38,281 nucleotides of DNA from Verrucomicrobiota bacterium (GTDB lineage: Bacteria; Verrucomicrobiota; Kiritimatiellia; RFP12; UBA1067), in the NCBI GenBank assembly GCA_016280825.1, contig JAEEHL010000029.1, positions 1 to 38,281 on the forward strand. The letters are read 5' to 3'. Shown piece by piece: positions 1-8,989 of the stretch (position 1 is its first letter; the number at the start of each line of letters is the position of its first letter). The notes under the pieces were generated by a model. That model saw only the letters and a program-made list of their open reading frames with translations. It had not been told where the DNA came from and did not search any database. The translations under genes and the position numbers were made by a program.

Positions 1-1695
1 ACCCCCCTCTCGCTGCTTCCGCCGCTTCTCGGGGGCCTTGGGCTGTTCCTCCTCGGGATGAAGCACCTTTCCGAGGGGCTTCAGGCGACGGCTGGCGGAG
101 GCCTCAGGAAGTTCATGGCCAGGGCGACGAGCCACAGGATCGTCGGCGTGGGCTCCGGTATCGTCTCGACGATGATAGTGCAGTCTTCCTCGATAATAAC
201 CGTAATGCTCGTCGGGTTCGTCTCCACTGCCCTCATGACGCTGCCGCAGGCGTTCGCCGTCCTTATCGGCGCGAATATCGGCACTACGGCCACGATATGG
301 ATCATCGCCTACGCGCCCGATCCGCAGATGCTCGGCTTCGTCGGCCTTGGGCTTGGCGGGGCACTCTACTTCTTCCTGCGCGGAGAGCGGGTGCACAACT
401 TCGGACTTACGGTCATTGGCCTTGGGCTTGTCTTCCTCGGGCTGTACATCATGTCGAAGGGCGTCTCGCCGATTCGCGAGAACGCTGCCATTGCATCGGT
501 CTTTACGCGCCTTTCGGCGGATTCACTGCCTGGCGTCCTGGCCGTGGCGTTCGTCGCAATGCTTTTCACGGCGGTCGTGCAGTCCTCTGCGGCTACGATA
601 GCGATAGCGATGGCGATGGCGGCACAGGGCCTCATTGCCTATGAAGTGGCGGTGGCGGTGCTGTTCGGCGCGAACATCGGCACTACCGCAACGGGCTGGA
701 TAGCGGCCATAGGCGGCACTGCGGACGCCCGGCGCACGGCGCTCGCGCATACGCTCTCGAACTTCCTCGGCTCGCTTTTGCTCATCTGGTTCTTCCCGCT
801 CTTCGTCAAGTTCGGGCAGGCGCTTTTCCCGTCATGGAACGCTGCCACGACGACGGTCGTCTCGGGGCGCGAGGTGCAGGCGTTCACGCACATGATGGCC
901 CCGATCGCCGTCACGGACACGTTGTTCGCCGTATGCCGCGGGCTTCTGTTCCTCCCTCTAGTCAAGCCGTTCTGCCGCCTTGTCGAGAGGCTTGTGCCCC
1001 AGCCGGAGGACGAAAAGCCCCATCTTTCGGCGCTTCGCTTCGGCGCGAGGATATCGCCTGTCCTTGCGTGCGACCAGGCGCTTCTCGAAGTCGATTTCAT
1101 GAAGCAGTCGAACCTCGAGCTCCTCGACTGCGCCCGCAAGGTCCTTTCGGGCGAGACGGAGGACGACGAAGGGCCGGAGAGGCACATCGTCCATCGCGAG
1201 GACATTCTCGACAACGTGCAGAGGGAAGTGACCGAGTTCCTCGGCAGCATAATGTCGAAGCGCCTTCCCCGCGATGTCGCGGAAAGGGCGCAGCGGCTTC
1301 TGAGGCTTACGGACGAGCTTGAGTCGGTCTCCGACGAGTGCGCCACCGTTCTCAAGGTAGTGAAGCGCCTGAGAAAGCAGGGCGAGAAGATGTCGGAGCG
1401 GTCTGTTGCGCTCCTTCTCGACGTCCACGACAAGGTTGCCGCGTTCGCCTCAGACATAACGCCCCTCATCTGCTCTCCGCGCGTTCCCTTCGACCTCGAG
1501 TCGTTCCAGAGGCGGTCTTCCGAACTTCACGCCTTCATCCGCGAGTGCCGCCTTGCGCAGCTCGGGCGCGTTGGACCGGAGGACCCCGGCTCGTCGATGC
1601 GCGTTCTCGGAGAACTTGACATAATCAACGCCTACGAGCGCATCCGCGCATACTACCTCAACTGCGCAGAGACGCTTGCCGGAGGCAAGAAGTGA
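1..1695 (+). CDS. Na+/phosphate cotransporter family protein with C-terminal PhoU-like helical domain (5'-truncated)
   Basis: Frame is open from base 1 (TPLSLLPPLLGGLGLFLLGM..., the typical first TM segment of the family). Duplicated VQSSS/VQSSA and GANIGTT motifs. Soluble helical C-terminus (REDILDNVQREV...DELESVSD). Confidence 0.92.
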   Translation, partial: TPLSLLPPLLGGLGLFLLGMKHLSEGLQATAGGGLRKFMARATSHRIVGVGSGIVSTMIVQSSSIITVMLVGFVSTALMTLPQAFAVLIGANIGTTATIWIIAYAPDPQMLGFVGLGLGGALYFFLRGERVHNFGLTVIGLGLVFLGLYIMSKGVSPIRENAAIASVFTRLSADSLPGVLAVAFVAMLFTAVVQSSAATIAIAMAMAAQGLIAYEVAVAVLFGANIGTTATGWIAAIGGTADARRTALAHTLSNFLGSLLLIWFFPLFVKFGQALFPSWNAATTTVVSGREVQAFTHMMAPIAVTDTLFAVCRGLLFLPLVKPFCRLVERLVPQPEDEKPHLSALRFGARISPVLACDQALLEVDFMKQSNLELLDCARKVLSGETEDDEGPERHIVHREDILDNVQREVTEFLGSIMSKRLPRDVAERAQRLLRLTDELESVSDECATVLKVVKRLRKQGEKMSERSVALLLDVHDKVAAFASDITPLICSPRVPFDLESFQRRSSELHAFIRECRLAQLGRVGPEDPGSSMRVLGELDIINAYERIRAYYLNCAETLAGGKK

Positions 1696-2786
1696 AGATT
1701 CTCTCGAAATACGTCCTTCGCGAGTTCCTAGTGCCGCTCTTCTACTGCATGGCGGGCTTTATCGCGATCTACGTGCTCTTCGAGCTCTTCGGCTCGTTTT
1801 CACGCCTCGCCGACGCGAAGCTGCCGCTTTATGCGACGGTGCACTACTTCTGCGGCTATCTCGCGCCTCACTTCAAGTGGCTCGCGCCGCCCGCGCTCAT
1901 GCTCGCCACGCTCTACACGATGTGGAACTTCTGCAGGCATTCCGAGATTGTGGCGATGAGGGCGAGCGGGGTTGGGTTCTTCTCGATCGCCTGCCCGATT
2001 CTCGCGATGTCGCTTCTCGTGGCCGCGTTCGTCGCGTGGGTCGGCGAATGCTACGTGCCGGCGCGCGCACAGTGGGCGAGGATGCTTCGAAGCGAGAAGT
2101 TCGATCTTTCGAAGGCGGGCACCGGCAGCAACATCACGTACCGCGACAGCGAGTCGGGGCGAACATGGACCGTCGATTCAGTCGGCGCAGACGGTGTTTT
2201 CCACGGCGTCAAGGTCGTCCTCGACCGCCCGGGGCACGCGACGCGGCTTGCGAACGTCACGGCGAAGGAGGCGCGCTGGATAGACGGCGAATGGTGGCTT
2301 TCCGGGGTTAAGGTGCAGCACTACGACGCCTCCGGTTCGGAGACGTTTTCGCCTACGCCTGAGCTTGACTCTCTGGAGCTTCGCGTCTTTCCGCAGTTCC
2401 GCGAACGGCCCTCCGACATAATGGCGCAGAACAGGGCGTGGGAATTCAACTCCGTCAGGGACAAGTTCCGCTACCTGCGCCGCCACCGCAGCCTTGCCGA
2501 GGAGCGCCGCCGCGAATACGTGTACGACGCGTGGGCGGGGATGCTTGCGCCGCTTGCCTGCTTCGTAATAACGCTCCTTGCGATACCGGCGGGCGTCGCC
2601 AGCGGCCGGCAGAGCGTTTTCAAGGGCGTCCTCGGGGCGATAGGGATGTTCTTCGCGTTCTATGCGCTTACGATCCTCTGCATGGTCGCGGCCCAGACGG
2701 GCTATCTGCCGCCCGTAGCGGCGGCGTTCCTGCCGCACGCCGTTTTTCTCTTCGCCGGAATCACGCTTTTCCGCCGGCAACGCTGA
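1692..2786 (+). CDS. lptG: LptF/LptG family LPS export permease (more LptG-like)
   Basis: GTG start overlaps the upstream stop. MKILSKYVLREF N-terminus, SEIVAMRASGVG motif, 3 TM + beta-rich periplasmic domain + 3 TM. F versus G assignment is tentative. Confidence 0.85.
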   Translation: MKILSKYVLREFLVPLFYCMAGFIAIYVLFELFGSFSRLADAKLPLYATVHYFCGYLAPHFKWLAPPALMLATLYTMWNFCRHSEIVAMRASGVGFFSIACPILAMSLLVAAFVAWVGECYVPARAQWARMLRSEKFDLSKAGTGSNITYRDSESGRTWTVDSVGADGVFHGVKVVLDRPGHATRLANVTAKEARWIDGEWWLSGVKVQHYDASGSETFSPTPELDSLELRVFPQFRERPSDIMAQNRAWEFNSVRDKFRYLRRHRSLAEERRREYVYDAWAGMLAPLACFVITLLAIPAGVASGRQSVFKGVLGAIGMFFAFYALTILCMVAAQTGYLPPVAAAFLPHAVFLFAGITLFRRQR

Positions 2787-2848
2787 CTGGCCCTTGGAGG
2801 CAATGCGGAGCAAGGGTGAATGCGATGGAGGAAATGAGGGGAACGAGG

Positions 2849-5065
2849 ATGTCCGCTGCGAAATCGCGGAAGGGCGCGGCAGTCCTTCTGGCGTTTTTCG
2901 CCGCCCTTTCGGCTCGTGCTGAAATGCTGCGGATTCTCGACTTCGAAAACCGGAACGAGAGATTCGAGGCGAGGGCATGCGACGGCTGCAGCGCCGCGTT
3001 TTCGACGAACTTCGCGACAAGCGGCTCGTCGTCATTGCGCCTTCATTCGCGCCACTGGCAGTCGAGGGCCGACAAGTGCACAAAGGCGACTTTCCCCGTC
3101 GATGCCGATTTCTCGCGCTTTGACCGCATTGCCTTCGACGTGCGGCTTGACCACGTGAAGGGGTGCGGCGGCACGATTACCTTCTCCGGCGGCTCCTTCA
3201 ACGAGATAGTCAGCTTCAGGCTGCCGCGCCCCGGGACTAGGAGGTTCGTCATTGACCTGCCGCCGTGGACGCGCACAAATCGCGTGGAGAGCGTCACGTT
3301 CACAAGCTCCCGCCCGGTCTGCGAAATCGACGTGTATGTCGACAACGTCGTTCTTCTCGACGCTGGCGAAACGGGGTACGGGGCGCTTGACGGCTACATT
3401 GAATCTCTTGAGGGGGAGTGTTCCGCGCTTGAAAGCGAGCGCGACCATCTGCGCGACTACGCCCGTTTCTACAAAGACGCGGCGAAAGCGTCTGGCGTTG
3501 CAGGCGGCGTTCTTGTCGGCAAGGCGACGAGCATGGACAGGGTTCGCCCGCGCGCCGCGTTCAAGGTCGACTGCTCCATGCCGCTTGGGATTGCCCTCGC
3601 AGGCAACGAGGCCGAGGCGGTGCAGCTTCTTCTGTCTCCTGCCGACGCTGACCTGCTTGACGTCAGGGTGGAGCTTGAGGGCGATCTTGTGTCGGACGGC
3701 GCGACATTCAAGAAGGAGTGCGTCAAGGTCGTTCCCATGGGATACGTCCACTCCAGGATGCGCGAGTCGCGGTTCGAGCAGCCGGAAAGGCCGCTTTCGG
3801 GATGGTGGCCGGAGCCGCTTCTCGACTTCCCGTTCAGGCTCGACATCAGGGGCACGGACGTGCAGAGCTTCTGGGTTCGCGCAAGGGCGCCTTACGGGCA
3901 GAAGGCGGGAACCTACAGGGGGACGCTCGTCATTTCCTCTTCTGGCGCGGAGACAAGGAAGGTCCCCCTTGAAGTGCGCGTGAGGGCGTTTTCGCTCCCA
4001 AAGGGCTTTCACATGCCGGCCATAGTGGCCATGTCGCCGTGGGGCATGAGGAAGGTCCCCGAGGACAGACGCCAGAAGTGCGCACAGACACTTGGGAGAG
4101 GGCGGCTGAAGGAATACGTGGAGTTCTTTGAAGAATACGAATTGCCCTACACGAAGCTCTATGCGCGGGCTCCTGAATGGGGAATTGTGGACTTTGCCCA
4201 TTCGAGGGGCAAGCTCGAGACGCTTGTCCTCGGCTGGATCGAGGCAGAGCGGAACATGGCCAAGCCGTTCGACCTTGAGGCATGGCGGGCTGAGTGCATG
4301 CCGCAGCTCGAAAGGAGCTGCAACGAGGCGAAGAAGCGCGGCATTCTCGGCAAGTGCGTTTTCTTTCTCTGCGACGAGATGCCCGTCGCGGCGCAGGGGC
4401 GGATGCGTGCCGTCGCAAAGGAGGTTAAGGCAAAGTTCCCCGACGTGCCCATCTTGACGACGGCGTTCAATCCCGAGCTTGGTGCGGAAGGGTCCGTGCT
4501 TGACCTGATGGACGGGTTCTGCCCGACGACGAAGTACTACTTCGACAACCTCGCGGCGGTTTCAAATGCGCGTTCGCGCGGCCAGAAGGTATGGTGGTAC
4601 ATCTGCAAGGACCCCGAGCCGCCATACGCCAATGCATACGTCTCGTCTCCCGCGCTTGCGCTCCGCGCCATTGCCGGCGCGATGACGGCGAAGTGGCGGC
4701 CCGACGGCTTCCTCTACTATGCGCTTTGCCTCTGGAACGACAACATGCCGATAGAGGGCGGCCCATTCACGAACTGGAACCCGCTTTCATGGGAGGACTA
4801 CGAAGGCGACGGCTGCTGGGCCTACTGCGGCCCCGGCGGCAAGCCCCTTGCGTCGGTGCGGCTCGAGAACTACCGCGACGGCGTCGAGGACTATGCGTAC
4901 GCCTGCCTCCTCGAGTCGCTTGGCGGGAAGGCGGTCGTGCCGCCGTCGCTCGTGGCGACTCCCAAGGACTATTCCCTGAATCCCGCCGACTACTACAGGT
5001 GGCGCGAGTCGATGGCGGACGAGATAGAAAGGCGCCTTGCGGCGCAGGATGGGGGCGCGCGATGA
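2849..5065 (+). CDS. Secreted DUF4091/GH123-like glycoside hydrolase with N-terminal beta-sandwich (CBM-like) domain
   Basis: Signal peptide (..AAVLLAFFAALSARA|E). GNEAEAVQLLL, WWPEPLL, QSFWVR..AGTYRG, adjacent acidic pair CDEMP, WWYIC, GFLYYA, and GDG..YCGP..PLASVRLENYRDGVEDY C-terminal signature. Start could also be 2825 or 2834; the ORF-track start at 2438 overlaps lptG. Confidence 0.8.
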   Translation: MSAAKSRKGAAVLLAFFAALSARAEMLRILDFENRNERFEARACDGCSAAFSTNFATSGSSSLRLHSRHWQSRADKCTKATFPVDADFSRFDRIAFDVRLDHVKGCGGTITFSGGSFNEIVSFRLPRPGTRRFVIDLPPWTRTNRVESVTFTSSRPVCEIDVYVDNVVLLDAGETGYGALDGYIESLEGECSALESERDHLRDYARFYKDAAKASGVAGGVLVGKATSMDRVRPRAAFKVDCSMPLGIALAGNEAEAVQLLLSPADADLLDVRVELEGDLVSDGATFKKECVKVVPMGYVHSRMRESRFEQPERPLSGWWPEPLLDFPFRLDIRGTDVQSFWVRARAPYGQKAGTYRGTLVISSSGAETRKVPLEVRVRAFSLPKGFHMPAIVAMSPWGMRKVPEDRRQKCAQTLGRGRLKEYVEFFEEYELPYTKLYARAPEWGIVDFAHSRGKLETLVLGWIEAERNMAKPFDLEAWRAECMPQLERSCNEAKKRGILGKCVFFLCDEMPVAAQGRMRAVAKEVKAKFPDVPILTTAFNPELGAEGSVLDLMDGFCPTTKYYFDNLAAVSNARSRGQKVWWYICKDPEPPYANAYVSSPALALRAIAGAMTAKWRPDGFLYYALCLWNDNMPIEGGPFTNWNPLSWEDYEGDGCWAYCGPGGKPLASVRLENYRDGVEDYAYACLLESLGGKAVVPPSLVATPKDYSLNPADYYRWRESMADEIERRLAAQDGGAR

Positions 5066-5847
5066 AAGTCTCGATAGTGACCGTTTGCAGGAATTCGCTC
5101 CGCACCCTGCCGGACGCGATTGAAAGCGTCGCAAGGCAGGTACTGCCGCATGGAGTGGAGGTGGAACACATTGTCATCGACGGCGCTTCGACCGACGGCA
5201 CGCGCGAGTTCCTCGCCGAGTACGCGAAGACCCACCCGCTCAAGTTCGTCTCCGAGCCGGACAAGGGGCTGTACGACGCGATGAACAAGGGGATTCTCGC
5301 CAGCACGGGCGATGTCGTCGGGATCCTCAATTCTGACGACGTCCTTGCCGCGGACGACGTCGTTGCGCGCATTGCGGAGGCGTTTGACGATTCCATCGAC
5401 ATTGTCTATGGCGACGTGCGGTTTGCGCGGGGCGCGGCGCTTTCCGGCGTGGACGCGATGCGCTGCGCCGGCACTCTGCGCTACTGCTCGGGCAGGCAGT
5501 TCAGGAAGTGGATGTTCCGCTTCGGCGTCTTTCCGGCGCATCCCTCGACGTTCGTGAGGCGCGGCGCCTTCGAGCGGTTCGGCCTCTATTCGCTCGACTA
5601 TTCCATCTGCGCGGATTTCGAGATGATGCTCAGGCTCTTCGTCAAGCATTCGCTCAAGGCGAAGTACGTTGGCGTCTGCACCACGGCGATGCGGGCAGGA
5701 GGGGTATCGACGAAGGGCATCAGGGCGAATCTCGAGATAAACCGGCAGGACGCCCGCGCGCTTAAGGCGCATGGCATTTTCTCCTGCCTGCCGCTAATAT
5801 ACTTGAAGTACTTTGGAAAGGTCTTTGGCTATGTACGTCGTAAATAA
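5062..5847 (+). CDS. Glycosyltransferase family 2 (WcaE/WfgS-like)
   Basis: ATGA overlap with upstream stop. MKVSIVTV, IDGASTDGT, EPDKGLYDAMNKG, LNSDD, HPSTF and ADFE motifs. Confidence 0.93.
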   Translation: MKVSIVTVCRNSLRTLPDAIESVARQVLPHGVEVEHIVIDGASTDGTREFLAEYAKTHPLKFVSEPDKGLYDAMNKGILASTGDVVGILNSDDVLAADDVVARIAEAFDDSIDIVYGDVRFARGAALSGVDAMRCAGTLRYCSGRQFRKWMFRFGVFPAHPSTFVRRGAFERFGLYSLDYSICADFEMMLRLFVKHSLKAKYVGVCTTAMRAGGVSTKGIRANLEINRQDARALKAHGIFSCLPLIYLKYFGKVFGYVRRK

Positions 5848-6562
5848 GCTCGTCTGGTTCTTCCTCAACCCGCTTACGTTCTCGCTCGTCGTCGCCTTTG
5901 CAGGGCTCGTCGTCGCGCGCCGCCGCCTCAAGGCCGGCCTTTGGACGGCCGGGATCGCGCTCGCCGCGCTCTGGTTCCAGGGCACGTTCACATGTGCGCT
6001 CGTCACGGGGTGGCCGCTTGAACGCCCATATGCGGAGATGCAGGATGCAGATGCCTCTCCCGAAGCCAGTGCGATTGTCCTTCTCGGCGGCGGAATGGTC
6101 TATCTTGAGGGAATGACCTATCCCGACATGGCGGATTGCGCCGACCGCGTATGGCACGCCGCCCGCCTCTACAAGGCAGGCAAGGCACCGAAGGTGGTGG
6201 TGGCCGGAAGAATGGACCTTCAGGCTACCGTCCCCCTGCTTCTCGACTTCGGTGTGCCGCGAGAGGCGATAGTGGTGGACAACGATTCGCGCAACACATA
6301 CGAGAATTCGCGCAATGTCGTTCAAATCGTCGGCGAAGGCGGGCGGATTCTCCTCGTGACGTCCGCATGGCACATGGGAAGGTCGATTGGCAACTTCAAG
6401 GCGGCGGGACTCGACCCCATTCCCGCGCCATGCGACTTCAAGGCGTACAGGGCTAATTTTGACGATGTGCACTTCTGGAGCTGGTTCGCTCCGACGGCAG
6501 ACAACCTCCTCTCGGTGCAGACGTTCGCGAAGGAGTGGATGGGGAGACTTGCCCGCAGGTAG
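5831..6562 (+). CDS. YdcF/DUF218 (ElyC/SanA-like) envelope protein
   Basis: Two N-terminal TM segments, then AIVLLGGG, DR..AARLY, SRNTYEN, LVTSAWHMGRS and KEWMG motifs. Confidence 0.9.
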   Translation: MYVVNKLVWFFLNPLTFSLVVAFAGLVVARRRLKAGLWTAGIALAALWFQGTFTCALVTGWPLERPYAEMQDADASPEASAIVLLGGGMVYLEGMTYPDMADCADRVWHAARLYKAGKAPKVVVAGRMDLQATVPLLLDFGVPREAIVVDNDSRNTYENSRNVVQIVGEGGRILLVTSAWHMGRSIGNFKAAGLDPIPAPCDFKAYRANFDDVHFWSWFAPTADNLLSVQTFAKEWMGRLARR

Positions 6563-6581
6563 GGAGCGCGGCATCGCGAAT

Positions 6582-6610
6582 TTGATTTTGCCAGGCGATT
6601 ATGGTAAACT
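6582..6610 (+). promoter_or_regulatory. Sigma70-type promoter (TTGATT-17-TAAACT, extended -10)
   Basis: TTGATT 6582-6587, TG at 6602-6603, TAAACT 6605-6610, in an AT-rich gap upstream of the 6639 gene. Confidence 0.6.
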
Positions 6611-6638
6611 ATCTTCCAAAGGAAAGGGGGAAGTGGCA

Positions 6639-8261
6639 ATGAAAACAGACAGGATCGGCGGGCTTTTCAAGGCGGGGTTGCGCAATGCGGCTTTCGCGGC
6701 GGCCTTTTTCGCGGCAGGCGCGGCATTTGCCGACGGCGACCTTGCAGATGCGGTAAAGGCCGACCTCAAGAACGTCGTGCGCCAGGGCGGAATCGGCGAC
6801 AGGCCGTTCTGGAACGCGAACGCTTCGATGTTCATGTATCCGCCGGCGTTCGACTTCAGGGAAGTGGGCAACGTGAAGCGGTATTCCTTCCGAGTGCTCG
6901 CTTCCGACGGCAAGCTCCACACCTTTGTGGCGAAGTCCCCGAAGGCCTCCCTTGCCCCGGTATGGGACAAGCTCCCCACTGGATGGACGGCAGTCGAGTG
7001 CTACTACAACGTCCACCAGGTCGTGGGCTCGAGGTTGTTCTGGAAGTCCGCTCCGTACACCCCAGGCAAGTACCCGCCTGCGGCGATGCCGTATGCCGAG
7101 GCCGTGAAGCGCGGCTACGAATACGTCTTCAACCACCCGCTTTCGCAGCATGTCCTGAAGACGGGCGAGCCGGATTTCACGGTGTACCATTCGTGCTATC
7201 CGTCGAAGATGTACTCGGCGATAATAAAGTCGATGGTCTCGTATGCCGACTACGCCCCCGAAAAGGCGGAAGAGGCAATCGCAATCGCGAAGGCCTCCGC
7301 CGACTGGCTTATCTCGGTGAGCGAACCGAAGGGCGCGCCGCTTGAGTTCTGGCCGCCTACATACTGGGGCGAGAACGCGGCGGCGAAGTCCAACAAGGGC
7401 AGGGTGATGCTCATATATCCTGCCCAGGCGGCCGTGGCGTATGCCGCGCTCTACAGGAAGACGAAGGTCGAGAAGTACCTTGACGCGGCGGAGAAGATCG
7501 CCGCGCACTTCCTGCGCCTCCAGGGCGAGGACGGGACGTGGCCGCTTATCATGACTTTTGCCGACGGCCAGGTGCACGGCAAGAACAGGCTCGTCCCGAT
7601 CCAGGGGGCGATTCCGATGTTCGCCGCGCTCCACGGGATCACCGGCAAGGCGGATTACAAGGCGGCGCTCGACAGGGCGTTCGAGTACATGGACAAGGGC
7701 CCGATGGCGACGTGGAACTGGGAAGGCCAGTTCGAGGACGTCCGCCCGTCCTCGCCGTACTCGAACCTTACGAAGCACAACGCATGCGACATGGCGCTCT
7801 ACATCCTCGAGCGCTTCCCCAAGAACAGGAAGCGCATTGCCGAGGCGCGCGAGATACTGCGCTTCGCGGAAGACCAGTTCGTCTGCTGGGAGCTTCCGTT
7901 CGACGGGGCCGCGAAGGAGACGTTCTTCGGCGACGGCGACTGGAAGGAAGGCGTCGGGCGCGAGAAGTGGGGGCTTCCAGGGGTGCTGGAGCAGTACGGC
8001 TGGTACGTGCCGATCGACGCGAGCGCCTCGAAGCTCATCAAGCTCTACCTCGCGCTCTACCGCGCCGAGGGCAAGCCACTCGACCTCGCGAAGGCGCGCA
8101 CGCTCGGCGATTCCATAACGCGCAACCTCCATACGGAGGACAACCACATCTCGACCCACTGGTACGGCTTCGAGCCGGTGGCCCACCAGTGGCTTAACTG
8201 CCATATAGCGTCGGTGGCGGCACTCGACGAGCTTGACGCGGTTGTGCAGGCGACCAAGTGA
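6639..8261 (+). CDS. Secreted hypothetical protein, probably a six-hairpin (alpha/alpha)6-barrel glycosidase-like fold
   Basis: Purine-rich RBS, signal peptide ending AGAAFA|D. Repeated helical-hairpin patterns (LYRKTKVEKYLDAAEKIA, LHGITGKADYKAALDRA, LYRAEGKPLDLAKARTLG). Aromatic/acidic motifs WEGQFED and QFVCWE. Fold call is inference. Confidence 0.6.
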   Translation: MKTDRIGGLFKAGLRNAAFAAAFFAAGAAFADGDLADAVKADLKNVVRQGGIGDRPFWNANASMFMYPPAFDFREVGNVKRYSFRVLASDGKLHTFVAKSPKASLAPVWDKLPTGWTAVECYYNVHQVVGSRLFWKSAPYTPGKYPPAAMPYAEAVKRGYEYVFNHPLSQHVLKTGEPDFTVYHSCYPSKMYSAIIKSMVSYADYAPEKAEEAIAIAKASADWLISVSEPKGAPLEFWPPTYWGENAAAKSNKGRVMLIYPAQAAVAYAALYRKTKVEKYLDAAEKIAAHFLRLQGEDGTWPLIMTFADGQVHGKNRLVPIQGAIPMFAALHGITGKADYKAALDRAFEYMDKGPMATWNWEGQFEDVRPSSPYSNLTKHNACDMALYILERFPKNRKRIAEAREILRFAEDQFVCWELPFDGAAKETFFGDGDWKEGVGREKWGLPGVLEQYGWYVPIDASASKLIKLYLALYRAEGKPLDLAKARTLGDSITRNLHTEDNHISTHWYGFEPVAHQWLNCHIASVAALDELDAVVQATK

Positions 8262-8989
8262 AGTACGAATACCTATACCAGACGAAAACCAATGAAAACC
8301 GCCGCGGCGAAATCGTCGCGCGGAACAGGGCGGAGGCGTACTTTCTCCTTCGCAAGCAGGGGATAAGGCCGTATCGCGTGATAGGCGACGACCCCGTCCG
8401 CTGGCAGCCGTGGGCGATAGGCGCGGCGGGCGCGCTTCTTGCGGCCATCGCGGCGACTGCGCTCGTCATCGCCTTCTCCGGCAGCGGAAGCGCGGCGGCG
8501 AGGCAGAACAGGCGACAGATAGGAGGCGATTCCTCGCTTGTCGTGAAGGGCTTTGCCGACGGCTGGCAGGACGCCTTCGGGGAAAAGCTCTACAGGCATT
8601 TCGCGATGTACGTGCAACCAGGGTGGGACGTGGTGCCGGCAGACTTCACGAAGGAGCAGATCGAGGAGTTCAAGGGCGAGCTTTCGCGCCCCGTCGTCAC
8701 GCTCAGGAAGGGCGTTCCCGAGTACGAGGAGCTTGCGGGGATGGTGGCGGCGATGCGAGAGGACGCGCTTTCCCACATTGCCGCGGGCGGCACGCTCGAA
8801 GACTACCTTTCGATGCTCGACGGGCGGCAGGAGCTTGAGAGCGCGCTGCGCTCGAAGGCACATGAATCGCTTGTGAAGGCGGGGCCGTCGCTGCGGCATA
8901 CGATGTGGAGCAGCATCAACCAGCGCCTTGAGTCGCTTGGGATGAAGCCGCTTGACGAGGAACTCGATTCCGGGGAGGAAAGGCAATGA
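8258..8989 (+). CDS. Bitopic membrane protein with PilC/GspF-like N-terminal motif and uncharacterised helical C-terminal domain
   Basis: GTGA overlap with upstream stop. N-terminus MKYEY...GEIVARNRAEAYFLLRKQGIRPYRV, then a single TM (WAIGAAGALLAAIAATALVIAFS). Confidence 0.7.
   Translation: MKYEYLYQTKTNENRRGEIVARNRAEAYFLLRKQGIRPYRVIGDDPVRWQPWAIGAAGALLAAIAATALVIAFSGSGSAAARQNRRQIGGDSSLVVKGFADGWQDAFGEKLYRHFAMYVQPGWDVVPADFTKEQIEEFKGELSRPVVTLRKGVPEYEELAGMVAAMREDALSHIAAGGTLEDYLSMLDGRQELESALRSKAHESLVKAGPSLRHTMWSSINQRLESLGMKPLDEELDSGEERQ

Noticed and set aside
2438-2848. N-terminal extensions in ORF-track calls (2438, 4591, 6387, 17789, 19063, 19548, 23566, 27524, 29938, 31617)
   Set aside because: They overlap upstream genes or promoters; downstream starts fit RBS, signal peptides or family N-termini better.
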